This document shows positions 35,655 to 45,677 of a DNA stretch of 64,000 nt, piece after piece. The DNA lies in contig CAZDZJ010000119.1 in the NCBI GenBank assembly GCA_964509895.1, positions 817-64,816 on the forward strand, read 5' to 3'. The DNA comes from an uncultured Gemmatimonadota bacterium (GTDB taxonomy: Bacteria; Gemmatimonadota; Gemmatimonadetes; Palauibacterales; Palauibacteraceae). Both the position numbers and the translations under genes were made by a program. Position 1 is the first letter of the stretch. Every line of letters begins with the position of its first letter. The notes beneath the pieces are model-generated. The model searched no databases and was not told the origin of the DNA. It was given only the letters and a program-made list of their open reading frames with translations.

Positions 35655-37909
35655 TGTCCCGACCTCTGCCCCGGCCTCGGGATCGTCGAGACCGCCTGCG
35701 CGAGCCCGCGCGCAGCGAGCGTCCCCGCCTGGCGGCGCCGGCTGATGAGGATCAGCGGTATGTCCGTCCGGCGGGCAAGTTCGATCGCGAAGGACCCGAT
35801 CGCGCGCTGCCCGGGCCCGCTGCGTTGCATCCCCAATACCGCGAGGTCGCTGGCGGCGGCCCGCCGCGCCACGGCCTCAATGGGGTCGTCCGCGTATTCG
35901 AAGGCGACCTCATGGGGCCCCACGGCCTCCTCGTGCGCGAGTTGGCGGACGGTGCGTTCGATCCTGCGGCGCCGGTCGGGTGTCGCCTCGGCGGGGGCCG
36001 CGCGCATGAACGTCACGGTGCGGTCGCCGGAGCGCGACAGGCTCGCCAGCAGACGCGCGCGCAGTTCGCTGTGGTCCCACCGCCCCTTGACCGGCAGGAG
36101 GATTCTCTGCGCATCGGAGATCTGCCAGCGGGGTGGCGCGCGCACGATGACGACATCGGCATCGATCCGGCTGATCAGCCTCTCCAGTCGCGTCTCCACT
36201 CCCGGTTCGGCAAGCCGGGGCAGGCCCATGAGCACCGTCTCGCAGCGCTGGCTGTTGGCCACGCGCTCGATCTCGCCCCAGACGTCCGTGGCGATGGTGA
36301 ACAGCGCTTCCGGCTGCACCGATCCCTCCAGGCCCCGCATGACGGACTCGCCCAGGATGTCCTTCGCGTCCCGCGCCACGGTATCCGTCACGACGGCGCG
36401 TCCCTCCTTCGAGATGACCGACAGGAGAAGTACGCGGCCCACGCCGGGGGTGCGCACCGTCGCCGCTACGTCGATCAGGTTCGACGCGCTCTCCGGATTG
36501 GCGATCGGCACGAGGACCAGGGGACGTCGGCCGCGCAGCCGGGCCAGATCCGGGTCGCGCGCCACGGCGCTGGCGTCGGCGAGCCGCGCGCCCGGGGCGA
36601 GCAGCGTCAGGTAGAGCGCGACCCCCAGTCCCAGCCACAGCGCGACGACCCGCCCGGCCTCGGGGACGGCGATGGCCTGGAAGAGCGCCAGGCCCAGGCA
36701 GAGCGCGGCGCCGATGGCCGGAAGTCCGCCCGGATTCGGGTGGCCGGAGCGGCGCCGCGCCAGCATGGCCGCCCAGTGCACCATCGCGAACGAGATGAGG
36801 AAGATGAGGCTCGAGGCGGCGCCCGCGGCGGCCACGTTCCCCACCACGACCGCGATCAGCGTCATCATCGCCGCCGTCGTCACCACGGCGATGGCGGGCG
36901 TGCCCGTGCGCCCCCGCAGCGCCCCCACGCGGTGCGGCAGCGTCCGGTCCCGCGCCATGGAGAACGCGACGCGCGAGGCCCCGAACAGGTTCGCGTGGAG
37001 GGCGGACAGCATGGAGAGGAGCCCGGCCCCGATCACGAGCCAGTACCCGGCGGGACCCATGAAACGCTCAGCGGCCACGGCCACGAGCCCCTCCGGGTCC
37101 GTCCGCGCCGCCGCCTGGATGCCCTCGGGCGGCGCGCCGATCGTCGAGACCACCACGAGCAGCGGGATGTAGACCGCCAGCGCGATTCCGAGCGACAGGT
37201 ACATGGCCCGCGGCACGGTGCGCTCCGGATCGCGGACCTCTCCTCCGACAGCCGCGATGAGGTCGAATCCCTGCAGGGCGATGAACGTGTATCCCATGGC
37301 CTGAAGCAGGCCGAGCGAACCGTCGGGTGCGAACGGACTGAGGCGCCTGAGTGCTTCCGCGGGCTCGCCCACGATCCAGGCCACGAAGCCCCCGGCGATG
37401 AGGACGGCGAACACCGCCACCTTGCCGATGGTGGCCGCGTTGCCCCCGCCGGACGTGCGCTGCACCAGGAGGACCGAGTAGCCGGCCACGGCGGCGAGCG
37501 CGATCAGTAGCTGCGTTCTTCCGTGGCCCAACCAGTCCCACGACGCACCGAGTGCCGGGCCGAGGCGCTCCAGGCCCTCCACCGTGAACGCCGCGAACCC
37601 CAGCGCATACAGCACGCCAGCCAGGATGGACGCGAACCAGACGACCCACCCCACGACGAAGGCGACCTCGATCGAGAGCACCTTCTTCGCGTACGTGTAC
37701 GTGCCTCCCGATTCCGGGAAACGGCGAGCGAGCCGCGCGAAGCTCACCGCGGTGAGAAAGGCGATGCCCCCGTTCAGCGTGAAGGCGAGGATCGCGGCGG
37801 GACCGGCGGTGGCGAAGGCGACGCCGGCGAGAGCGAGGACGCCACCCCCCACGATCGCCCCGACTCCGAGCGCGGTCGCGCCATAGAGTCCCATATGCCG
37901 TTCGCTCAT
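35651..37909 (-). CDS. APC family amino-acid permease fused to two universal stress protein (Usp) domains
   Basis: Starts at ATG 37909 inside ORF 35651-38128. N-terminus [29 protein letters not shown], then [13 protein letters not shown]. The C-terminus has two Usp-like units ([21 protein letters not shown]... and [21 protein letters not shown]...). It overlaps the downstream gene by 4 nt. Confidence 0.88.
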   Translation of the reverse strand: MSERHMGLYGATALGVGAIVGGGVLALAGVAFATAGPAAILAFTLNGGIAFLTAVSFARLARRFPESGGTYTYAKKVLSIEVAFVVGWVVWFASILAGVLYALGFAAFTVEGLERLGPALGASWDWLGHGRTQLLIALAAVAGYSVLLVQRTSGGGNAATIGKVAVFAVLIAGGFVAWIVGEPAEALRRLSPFAPDGSLGLLQAMGYTFIALQGFDLIAAVGGEVRDPERTVPRAMYLSLGIALAVYIPLLVVVSTIGAPPEGIQAAARTDPEGLVAVAAERFMGPAGYWLVIGAGLLSMLSALHANLFGASRVAFSMARDRTLPHRVGALRGRTGTPAIAVVTTAAMMTLIAVVVGNVAAAGAASSLIFLISFAMVHWAAMLARRRSGHPNPGGLPAIGAALCLGLALFQAIAVPEAGRVVALWLGLGVALYLTLLAPGARLADASAVARDPDLARLRGRRPLVLVPIANPESASNLIDVAATVRTPGVGRVLLLSVISKEGRAVVTDTVARDAKDILGESVMRGLEGSVQPEALFTIATDVWGEIERVANSQRCETVLMGLPRLAEPGVETRLERLISRIDADVVIVRAPPRWQISDAQRILLPVKGRWDHSELRARLLASLSRSGDRTVTFMRAAPAEATPDRRRRIERTVRQLAHEEAVGPHEVAFEYADDPIEAVARRAAASDLAVLGMQRSGPGQRAIGSFAIELARRTDIPLILISRRRQAGTLAARGLAQAVSTIPRPGQRSGQ

Positions 37910-38000
37910 CCCCGAGTTCCGATCCCTGCCGTGTGAGGTTCCGTTCGCGTTGCCGTTGTCTCCGCCGGAGGGCCCGCTAATCTTGGGGCCCACCCCGACA

Positions 38001-39380
38001 ATGTCACCCCGGCCCGGTCGCCATGACGCGGTCGCCACGACCCGGCCGCTGCACGGAGCGCGCGTGAACGCCCCAGCCCTCTTCTCGAAGCGGTCCCTCG
38101 AACTCCAGGCGCGCGTACGCGACTTCATGGAGACGCACGTTCACCCGAACGAAACGACCTTCCACGACGAGATCGAGGCGGCGGAGAACCGGTTCTCGAC
38201 CCCGCCCATCCTCGAGGCGCTCAAGGCGCGGGCGCGGGACGAGGGGCTCTGGAACCTCTTCCTCCCTCCGGACGCCGAGCCCGCGGGAGAACCGCGGTCG
38301 GCGGAACATCCTGAGGCGGCGGGAGATCCGGACGCGGGAGGACACGGGCAGCCCCGCTGCGGCGCGGGGCTCTCGAACCTTGAATACGCCCTCATCTGCG
38401 AGGTGATGGGACGGGTGGAATGGGCTCCGGAGGTCTTCAACTGCAATGCGCCCGACACCGGCAACATGGAGACGCTGGCCCGCTACGGGACGCCCGCCCA
38501 GCGGAAGGAATGGCTCGAACCGCTCCTCGCGGGGGAGATCCGCTCCTCCTTCGCCATGACGGAGCCGGACGTGGCGTCTTCGGACGCGACGAACATCCGC
38601 TCATCCATCGTCCGGGAAGGCGGCGAGTGGGTGGTCAACGGCCACAAGTGGTGGGCCACGCAGGCCCCTCGGGCCGAGTGCCGGCTCTTCGTCTTCATGG
38701 GGAAGACAGACCCGGGCGCGGCGCGCCACCGGCAGCAGTCGATGGTGCTCGTGCCGCGCGACGCCCCGGGGATCGAAGTCGTCCGTCCGCTCGGCGTGTT
38801 CGGCTATGACAGCGCCCCGGTCGGCCACGGCGAGGTGCGGTTCACCGATGTCCGCGTGCCGGTCGACAACATGCTCCTCGGCCCGGGCCGCGGGTTCGAG
38901 ATCGCGCAGGGGCGCCTCGGGCCCGGCCGCATCCACCACTGCATGCGGCTCATCGGCGTCGCCGAACGGGCCATCGAGGACATGGCCGCCCGCGCGACGA
39001 CCCGCGTCGCCTTCTCCGGCCCCCTCGCCGAGAAGGGCGCCCTGCGCCACGCGCTCGCCGAGTGCCGCATTGCCGTCGACCAGGCCCGGCTCCTCACCCT
39101 GCACGCCGCCCACATGATGGACACGGTCGGGAACAAGGCCGCGCGCCGGGAGATCGCGATGATCAAAGTGGTCGCGCCCCGCATGGCCTGCCGCGTCCTC
39201 GACCAGGCGATCCAGGTCCACGGCGCCCTCGGCGTGAGCCCCGACACGTGGCTCGCCGCCGCCTACGCCCACTCCCGGACGCTGCGCCTCGCCGACGGCC
39301 CGGACGAAGTCCACCTCGAGGCGCTCGCCAAGCTCGAACTGCGGGGGGCGCGGGAGTCGCAAGGGGTGCGACGGAGCTAA
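38001..39380 (+). CDS. ACAD10/ACAD11-type acyl-CoA dehydrogenase
   Basis: [77 protein letters not shown] closely follows the ACAD10/11 (FadE2-like) family core. The start is uncertain: ATG 38001 or GTG 38064. Confidence 0.9.
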   Translation: MSPRPGRHDAVATTRPLHGARVNAPALFSKRSLELQARVRDFMETHVHPNETTFHDEIEAAENRFSTPPILEALKARARDEGLWNLFLPPDAEPAGEPRSAEHPEAAGDPDAGGHGQPRCGAGLSNLEYALICEVMGRVEWAPEVFNCNAPDTGNMETLARYGTPAQRKEWLEPLLAGEIRSSFAMTEPDVASSDATNIRSSIVREGGEWVVNGHKWWATQAPRAECRLFVFMGKTDPGAARHRQQSMVLVPRDAPGIEVVRPLGVFGYDSAPVGHGEVRFTDVRVPVDNMLLGPGRGFEIAQGRLGPGRIHHCMRLIGVAERAIEDMAARATTRVAFSGPLAEKGALRHALAECRIAVDQARLLTLHAAHMMDTVGNKAARREIAMIKVVAPRMACRVLDQAIQVHGALGVSPDTWLAAAYAHSRTLRLADGPDEVHLEALAKLELRGARESQGVRRS

Positions 39381-40435
39381 GCCCGGCGGGCGAATCCCCA
39401 GGCGGCTTCGGCCAGCATGGGCGCCTTGGCGCCGACCTCCAGCGCGTTTCGGGAACTCGCGTTGCCCTGGAGGGCCCGGGCATGAACTCCCTGGCATATC
39501 GAGGCGAGCCGGAAGAGGCCGAACGCCATGAAGAACTCCCAGTGCGGCACGCCGTCGCGTCCCGTCCGCCGGCAGTACGCGGCGACGTAGTCCTCCTGCG
39601 ACGGGATGCCCAGCGCCTCGCAGTCGACGTCGCCGAGGCCCTTCCACAGCGGGCCCTCGGGCAGATGATACGTCATGCAGTTGTAGGCGAGGTCGGCCAG
39701 CGGATGGCCCAGCGTCGACAGCTCCCAGTCCACGATCGCCAGCACCCGCGGTTCCGTCGCGTGGAGGATCATGTTGTCGAGCCGGTAGTCCCCGTGCGCG
39801 ATCGTCGTCTCGTCCTCCGACGCGTCGCTGGCGGGGATGTGTGCGGGGAGCCACGCGACGAGCGCCTCCATGGCCGGGATCGGTTCGGTCCGGGACGCCT
39901 CGTACTGCCTCGTCCAGACGGAGACCTGCCGCGCGACGTAGTCCGTCGGCTTTCCGAATTCCCCGAGACCGACCGCGGCCCAGTCGACCGCATGGAGCCT
40001 TGCCAGCGCCTCGTTCATCGCGTCGTAGATCGCCGCACGCTCCGCCGGCGAGTCGACCTCGGGCAGACCCGGCGCCGACGGCACCCGCCCCTCCACGTGC
40101 TCCATGACGAAGAACGCCTGCCCGATCACGCCGGGATCCTCGCACAGGTGGATCATGCCGGGGACGGGAACGTCGGTCTCCGCGAGCGCCTTCATCACGC
40201 GGTATTCACGCTCGATGAGGTGGGCCGAAGGCAGCAGCTCGCCGGGCGGTTTCTTCCTGAGGACGAAGTAGCGGCCGCCCGCTGCAAGGCGATACGTGGG
40301 GTTGGACTGGCCACCCTGGTACTGGAGCGCCGTCAGCCCGGACGCGAACTCCCGCAGGCCGTGCGCGCACAGGTAGCCCGCGAGCCGCCGCTCGTCGAAA
40401 CCGTGCGGGGCGGTGATGGGTCCCAGCGTAGCCAA
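39377..40435 (-). CDS. phosphotransferase (APH/ACAD10-N-terminal-like kinase) family protein
   Basis: Motifs: [38 protein letters not shown] and [11 protein letters not shown] (Brenner-type catalytic loop). Its stop overlaps the convergent ACAD stop. Confidence 0.88.
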   Translation of the reverse strand: MATLGPITAPHGFDERRLAGYLCAHGLREFASGLTALQYQGGQSNPTYRLAAGGRYFVLRKKPPGELLPSAHLIEREYRVMKALAETDVPVPGMIHLCEDPGVIGQAFFVMEHVEGRVPSAPGLPEVDSPAERAAIYDAMNEALARLHAVDWAAVGLGEFGKPTDYVARQVSVWTRQYEASRTEPIPAMEALVAWLPAHIPASDASEDETTIAHGDYRLDNMILHATEPRVLAIVDWELSTLGHPLADLAYNCMTYHLPEGPLWKGLGDVDCEALGIPSQEDYVAAYCRRTGRDGVPHWEFFMAFGLFRLASICQGVHARALQGNASSRNALEVGAKAPMLAEAAWGFARRA

Positions 40436-40518
40436 CCGGTGTCTCCTGCCGCGTGCAGTGCGAGGTCAGGGAGGGACAGTAGACGTTCCCGCGGGAACGT
40501 CGAGCCCCCCATCCTCGC

Positions 40519-41517
40519 TCATCGTGCCGCGCCGAACAGGCGGATGACGTCGCCCGCGGTCACGTCGCCCACCCGGCGCGCAAGACCCGCTTCGCGGACG
40601 CCCGCGATCGCCCGGTCGAAGCGGCGTCTTTCGCCTTCCGCGAGATCGATCATCTCGACGCCCGCCTCTTCCGCGAGGCGCAGGCCGTCGGCACCGGCGC
40701 GCGCGTACGCCACGGCCCCGGCCCTGGACATCGCGGCATCGGCGGCTTCGTCGATCCAGCCCCGCTCCTCGGGCGAAAGGGCCTCGTACACACCCTGATT
40801 CATCAGCAACACGAAGGGCAGCCCGGACGCGGGCAGCCAGGTCGTCAGGTAGGCTGCCGGCTCGTGCAGCTGGAACGTCGCGATGCCCGAAGGGGAGATG
40901 GCCACGCCGTCGATGACTCCCGTGGTCAGACTCTGGTGGACGACCGTGCCGGACTGCATGACGGCGCTGGCCCCGAGGGCCTCGATGAACGGGATGAGGC
41001 TCCTCGAGGAAACCCGGATCTTGAGCCCGCGCATATCCTCGAGCCGGCGCACGGGCGTGTTTCGCGTGAGCAGCACGGGGGGAGAGTTGGCCCAGATCCC
41101 CAGAACCTTCGCCGCGTATTCCCGCTCGAGGACCGGGCGGGCGCGCAGCATCGCTTCGGTGCATTCCAGCGCGGTGCCGCACACGCCGGGGTATCCGATC
41201 AGGTCGGTCTTCGGAAAGAGGTCGGCGGTGTAGGCGGGAATGGCGAGGGCGATATCTGCCACGCCGTTGAGCAGAATCGAGTACTGCGCCGGAGCCGACG
41301 AATTCAGCGCGCCCGCGGGGAACTGTCTTACGGTCAGTTTGCCGCCCGAGAGCTCCTCGAGTCTCCGCGACAGCGGGGTGAACACGGCCTCGTTCAGCGG
41401 ATGATCCGCTGCCAGGAAGTGCGCCAGCGACAGCTCCCTCGTCCCGGAAGGGTCTCCACCTCCGCAGGCGATGAGCGCTCCGGCCGCGAGGACGAGGATC
41501 GGCCTGGTCCTCGCCAC
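40519..41517 (-). CDS. dctP: TRAP transporter substrate-binding protein (DctP family), lipoprotein
   Basis: GTG 41517 lies 1 nt after the upstream stop and gives VARTRPILVLAAGALIACGGG (lipobox). The ORF track uses TTG 41547. DctP-like body: SLAHFLAADHPLNEAVFTPL..., TVRQFPAGAL. Confidence 0.85.
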   Translation of the reverse strand: MARTRPILVLAAGALIACGGGDPSGTRELSLAHFLAADHPLNEAVFTPLSRRLEELSGGKLTVRQFPAGALNSSAPAQYSILLNGVADIALAIPAYTADLFPKTDLIGYPGVCGTALECTEAMLRARPVLEREYAAKVLGIWANSPPVLLTRNTPVRRLEDMRGLKIRVSSRSLIPFIEALGASAVMQSGTVVHQSLTTGVIDGVAISPSGIATFQLHEPAAYLTTWLPASGLPFVLLMNQGVYEALSPEERGWIDEAADAAMSRAGAVAYARAGADGLRLAEEAGVEMIDLAEGERRRFDRAIAGVREAGLARRVGDVTAGDVIRLFGAAR

Positions 41518-41518
41518 G

Positions 41519-43276
41519 TCAGGAGTCGCGCCGGGGGGCGGGGGCAACGCGGAGCGTGAGGATGTCCATGTCGTGAAACTGCTGGTGTCGGACCGAGGAC
41601 GCGAGGTGCCGGAGCAGCCGCAGGGATATCTCCTGCTCCACCCGGCCGGCGCGGGTCTCCGTGCCGAGCCACGCCAGGCGGTCCTGGAGATTGAGTTCGT
41701 CGCTGTCCGCCGCGCCGACCCTGAACTCCAGCACGGCCTCGCCCTCCTCCTCGCTCGCCGTCAGCTGCAGTTCGCTCCGGCCGCGGGCCGCTGTTTCTCC
41801 CACCCCATCCAGTTCCTCGCGCGACTGGAGCAGCGTGAGCAACGCCTCCTCGCCGGCAGCCTCGAGGCGCTCCCCGATGGCCTGCATCCCGTGCCGCGCC
41901 GCAAACTCCTGAAGCCACTCCCGCATGCGGGGCATTTCGGCCACGTCAAGCTCGCCCCTGAACCGGCGCTTCCGCCGTGCGGTCAGCGCCGTGAGCAGGA
42001 GCGCCACCAGGCCCCCCGTGGTCAACCCGTTGCTCACGAGACCGCCCGCGAACTCCGCGAACCAGTCCGGGAATATCATGTCGAACTCGAACGCGACGCC
42101 TGTCCAGAATGAGACGCCCGCGATCAGACCGTTGCGGGGGTTCGTGCCCATGCTTCGCACGACTTCCCGCATCCCGACCGCAAACAGCGTCGCCATGACC
42201 ACGGCAATCGAGGCAGCCACGACCGCGGGGGGGACGGCGAGGATGAGAGCGAGCGCCTTCGGGAGGAAAGCCAGGACGACAAAGGCGCTCCCGGCTGCAA
42301 CACCGACGCTGCGCGCCGCGACGCCGGTGATCTCGACGGCGGCTACGGCTCCCGCGTGTGGCGTGCCGGGCATCGTGCCCGCGAGGCCGGCCAGCAGGTT
42401 CCCGGCGCCTTCCGCAGCCACGGCGCGCTGCACCGCGCGATAGTCAATGGCGCGCGGCCGACGCCACGCCACGCGCTGGGCGGCGATCGCAACGGCGACC
42501 GACTTGGTCGAACCGATCAGGGCAACGAAGAGGAACGCCGGCAGGAGCCCCCAGAAGGCGGGCCCGAAGTCGAGGTCCAGCCCGGGCAGCCGGCCGTGGG
42601 GAATGCCGACCCAGCCGGCATCGGCCACGCGCGCGGTGTCGTAGATCCCGAAGAATGCGCCCACCAGGGCGCCGGCAACGATGCCGGCCGCGGGCGCCCA
42701 GAGGCGCAACGTCCCCTTCCCCTTGAGCGCCATCGCGAGGATCGTGCAGATCGTCACACCGGCGCTCACGGGCACGGCCATCGTCGGCGCTCCGGCGGGC
42801 AGCTCGTTGAGCATGCCGAACAGAATCGGCATCACCGTGACGGGAAGGAGCATGACCACCGTCCCCGTGACGACCGGCGTGAGAAGCCGGTGCAGCAACG
42901 AGAGCCTGGCGGCCAGGGCCGCCTGGGCGAGCGCCGAGATGACGACGAGCGTGGCGAGCAGCCCCGGCCCTCCCTGCAGCAGGGCCTCCGCGCAGACGGC
43001 GATGAAGATGGCCGAGCTGACGTGCGTCAGAGCGAATCCCGCGCCGATCCGTCCCACCCGTGCGGCCTGCATGATCGCGGAAACGCCGCACGCCAGGACG
43101 GAGGCGAACGCCGCCCAGAATACGAGGTCCTCGGCGCCGGCAGCCCGGAACACGATCGTCGGCATCAGCACGACCCCGTTGACGCACAGGGCGGCGAGCT
43201 GCAGGCCGAGGCCGAGCGAGAGGAATCCGGGAATCCGGTCGTCGACTTCGTACCGGAGGTCCTCTTCGGAGCCCAT
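41519..43276 (-). CDS. second NCS2/SulP-superfamily permease with C-terminal RsbW-like degenerate GHKL domain (paralog of 8737-10482)
   Basis: Starts at ATG 43276 inside ORF 41519-44707; the upstream part is a shadow frame over dctM. It aligns along its full length with the PKS-linked permease (about half the positions identical by eye). It shares the C-terminal SLRLLRHLASSVRHQQFHDMDILTLRV. Confidence 0.8.
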   Translation of the reverse strand: MGSEEDLRYEVDDRIPGFLSLGLGLQLAALCVNGVVLMPTIVFRAAGAEDLVFWAAFASVLACGVSAIMQAARVGRIGAGFALTHVSSAIFIAVCAEALLQGGPGLLATLVVISALAQAALAARLSLLHRLLTPVVTGTVVMLLPVTVMPILFGMLNELPAGAPTMAVPVSAGVTICTILAMALKGKGTLRLWAPAAGIVAGALVGAFFGIYDTARVADAGWVGIPHGRLPGLDLDFGPAFWGLLPAFLFVALIGSTKSVAVAIAAQRVAWRRPRAIDYRAVQRAVAAEGAGNLLAGLAGTMPGTPHAGAVAAVEITGVAARSVGVAAGSAFVVLAFLPKALALILAVPPAVVAASIAVVMATLFAVGMREVVRSMGTNPRNGLIAGVSFWTGVAFEFDMIFPDWFAEFAGGLVSNGLTTGGLVALLLTALTARRKRRFRGELDVAEMPRMREWLQEFAARHGMQAIGERLEAAGEEALLTLLQSREELDGVGETAARGRSELQLTASEEEGEAVLEFRVGAADSDELNLQDRLAWLGTETRAGRVEQEISLRLLRHLASSVRHQQFHDMDILTLRVAPAPRRDS

Positions 43277-43323
43277 CCGAGGCGCCGCGCGAGCGCCCGC
43301 CGGCGCGTCTCCGGGGGTCCCGC

Positions 43324-44631
43324 TCACCCGTACATGGCGTTCGGCAGGAACGTGGCGACCCGCGGGAACATCGCGATCAGAATCAGCGCCGCCAGCAGGG
43401 CGAGCCAGAATGGCAGGACGCCGCGGAACATCGTCCGGACCGGCACATCGGGGGCGACGCCCTTGACCACGAAAATGTTCAGCCCCACAGGTGGCGAGAT
43501 CAGTCCCATTTCGAGCGTGATGACGATCATCACGCCGAACCAGATCATATCGATGCCCAGCGACGCGAGGATCGGCTGGACCAGGGGAACCGTCAGCACG
43601 AGCATGGCGAATCCGTCGAGGAACGTGCCGAGCACGACGAACATGATCAATACGAGCGCTACCACCTGCGGACCCGAAAACCCCTGTTCGCCGACCCACT
43701 CGGAGGCGACGAACGCGATGCCGGTGAGGCCAAGGAAGACCTTGAACACGAACGCGCCGAACAGGACGAGAAAGGCCGTGCCGCTCGCCTTCAGCGTGCC
43801 GCCGACGATCTCGATCACGGTCTTCCGGTTCAGCGTTCGCCGCACGCAGGCCGCGACCAGCGTCAGCAGCGCACCCACTCCGGCCGCTTCGATGGCGGAG
43901 AAGATGCCGGCGTATATGCCACCGATGGTCACGATGACGATGCCCAGGATCCACCCCGATCTCGCGGTGGCCCGGAAACGCTCCCGCCACGTAACGGGCG
44001 CCCCGGCGTGCGGGGCCTTGTCCGGGTCCCGCCTGACGACGATCCAGACAGCGAGGACGAAGAGAATCGTGAGCAGAATCCCGGGCATCACGCCCGCCAT
44101 GAACAGGCGACCGATGCTCTCTTCCGTGATGATCCCGTAGATGACGAGCCCCGCCGAGGGTGGAATCAGTATTCCGAGCGTTCCGCCGGCGGCGATGGCG
44201 CCCGTCGCCAGCGAGTCGTCGTACCTGAACCGCCGCATCTCGGGAAGCGACACGCGGCCCATGGTGAGCGCGGCGGCCAGCGATGAGCCGGAAAGCGCCG
44301 AGAACCCGGCGCATGCGATGATCGACGCGGACGCGAGGCTGCCCCGCACACGCCCGAGCCAACCGTGTGCGGCGCGGTACAGATCCTGACTCATCCCGGA
44401 GACCACGGCCAGGTTCCCCATCAGCATGAACAGCGGCAGGATGGTGAGCGAATACCGCGAGGCGACCGCGAATACCTCTCCCGCCAGAACCGGCATGACG
44501 GCGCCCGGGCGGATCACGGCGATTCCGGCCACGCCCACGATCAGCATCGCGAGCCCCGCGGGCACCCTGATGAGCAGCAGAACGAAGAGGGCGAGAAAGC
44601 CCAGAAGCGCGATGCCGCTTCCGTCCATCAT
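43324..44631 (-). CDS. dctM: TRAP transporter large permease (DctM)
   Basis: ATG 44631 overlaps the dctQ stop (ATGA). N-terminus MMDGSGIALLGFLALFVLLLIRVPAGLAMLIVGVAG, then ACAGFSALSGSSLAAALTMG. Confidence 0.9.
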   Translation of the reverse strand: MMDGSGIALLGFLALFVLLLIRVPAGLAMLIVGVAGIAVIRPGAVMPVLAGEVFAVASRYSLTILPLFMLMGNLAVVSGMSQDLYRAAHGWLGRVRGSLASASIIACAGFSALSGSSLAAALTMGRVSLPEMRRFRYDDSLATGAIAAGGTLGILIPPSAGLVIYGIITEESIGRLFMAGVMPGILLTILFVLAVWIVVRRDPDKAPHAGAPVTWRERFRATARSGWILGIVIVTIGGIYAGIFSAIEAAGVGALLTLVAACVRRTLNRKTVIEIVGGTLKASGTAFLVLFGAFVFKVFLGLTGIAFVASEWVGEQGFSGPQVVALVLIMFVVLGTFLDGFAMLVLTVPLVQPILASLGIDMIWFGVMIVITLEMGLISPPVGLNIFVVKGVAPDVPVRTMFRGVLPFWLALLAALILIAMFPRVATFLPNAMYG

Positions 44632-45182
44632 TCGTCCGGCTCGTTGGGGTCCTCGGCGTTCCACGTCGCAAGCCCGAGGAGGAACTGGGATGCGAGCAGC
44701 AGGCCATAGGCGGCCAGCGACGCGCCGAGCGCGTAGTAGAACGGCAGGTGGGGGATCGACACGCTCCCGGTCACCGCGCCGCAGGGAAGGCCGCAACTGC
44801 CGTGCACGAACAGGGCGGCCGCGGCCACGGCGGTCGCTCCCACGCCGAGAAGCCGGGCAGCGGCGTCGGTGACCCGGGTCACGCGCCGGCCCGCAAGGCG
44901 CGCGATGAGGTTCACCGAGACGTGAGAGCCCTCGCGCGCGCCGTACGCGACCGCCGCCGCAACCACGACAGCCAGCGACATCGTGGAGAGGTCCTCGATC
45001 CAGAGGAGTGAGTCGTTCAGGACGTAGCGCCAGAAGACCTCGGCCACCGTGACGGCGAGCAACACCGCGAGCGCGATGCCGCCGGCCACGGCGAACGCCG
45101 ACGCCACGCGGCCGCAGTACGATTCGACGCGTGCGAATCGGTCCAGATGTCTCTCGAAGAATCGCGCTCCGGACGGGTCCAT
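44628..45182 (-). CDS. dctQ: TRAP transporter small permease (DctQ)
   Basis: 184 aa with four hydrophobic segments, including the DctQ-like VAEVFWRYVLNDSLLWIEDLS. The gene directly abuts the oxygenase beta-subunit stop. Confidence 0.85.
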   Translation of the reverse strand: MDPSGARFFERHLDRFARVESYCGRVASAFAVAGGIALAVLLAVTVAEVFWRYVLNDSLLWIEDLSTMSLAVVVAAAVAYGAREGSHVSVNLIARLAGRRVTRVTDAAARLLGVGATAVAAAALFVHGSCGLPCGAVTGSVSIPHLPFYYALGASLAAYGLLLASQFLLGLATWNAEDPNEPDE

Positions 45183-45677
45183 TCAGAAGATGATGCTCAC
45201 CGCGCCGTGCCAGGAGAGGTCTTCGAGGTCGAGCACCGCGCGGCGGTACGCTATCCTCAAGTCCCCGCCGTCCCTCCTGAGGATGTACTCGATCGTGCCG
45301 ACGTACGGCGCTCCCTCGCCGCTGCGAAACCGGTAGACCAGGACGTTCGCGGAGACCCGGAACTCCCCGTCGCCGGCTTCTTCAACCCGCACGTTCGAAA
45401 CGAACCGGCGGGTCCGGGATCGCGGACTCTCGCGGTGGGAGTGGCGGCTGTTCAACCGCGCGACGCGAGCGCGCAGGCGGATGATGTCGTCGTCAATGAA
45501 CACCAGGTCGCTCCGGGGATCCCCTTCCGGCAGATCCGTAGAGGGGACCACGTACCGGGCGTCGTCCGTAAACAGCTTGACCCAGTCCTCCAACTTCCAA
45601 TCGTCCAGGAGCGCCGCTTCCCTGTACAGGAATTCCTCTACGGCCTCCCTGAGCGCGGAGCCGCCGTTGGCCGTCAT
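45183..45677 (-). CDS. aromatic-ring-hydroxylating oxygenase beta subunit (NTF2-like)
   Basis: The ATG (codon 41 of ORF 45183-45797) overlaps the alpha-subunit stop (ATGA). Contains EEFLYREAALLDDWKLEDWVKLFTDDARYVVP. Confidence 0.85.
   Translation of the reverse strand: MTANGGSALREAVEEFLYREAALLDDWKLEDWVKLFTDDARYVVPSTDLPEGDPRSDLVFIDDDIIRLRARVARLNSRHSHRESPRSRTRRFVSNVRVEEAGDGEFRVSANVLVYRFRSGEGAPYVGTIEYILRRDGGDLRIAYRRAVLDLEDLSWHGAVSIIF

Noticed and set aside
43277-44707. The upstream 477 codons of ORF 41519-44707, which would make a 1062-aa fusion protein.
   Set aside because: That part is an out-of-frame shadow of dctM (Arg/Gly-rich). The permease homology, aligned with the paralog at 8737-10482, starts at ATG 43276.
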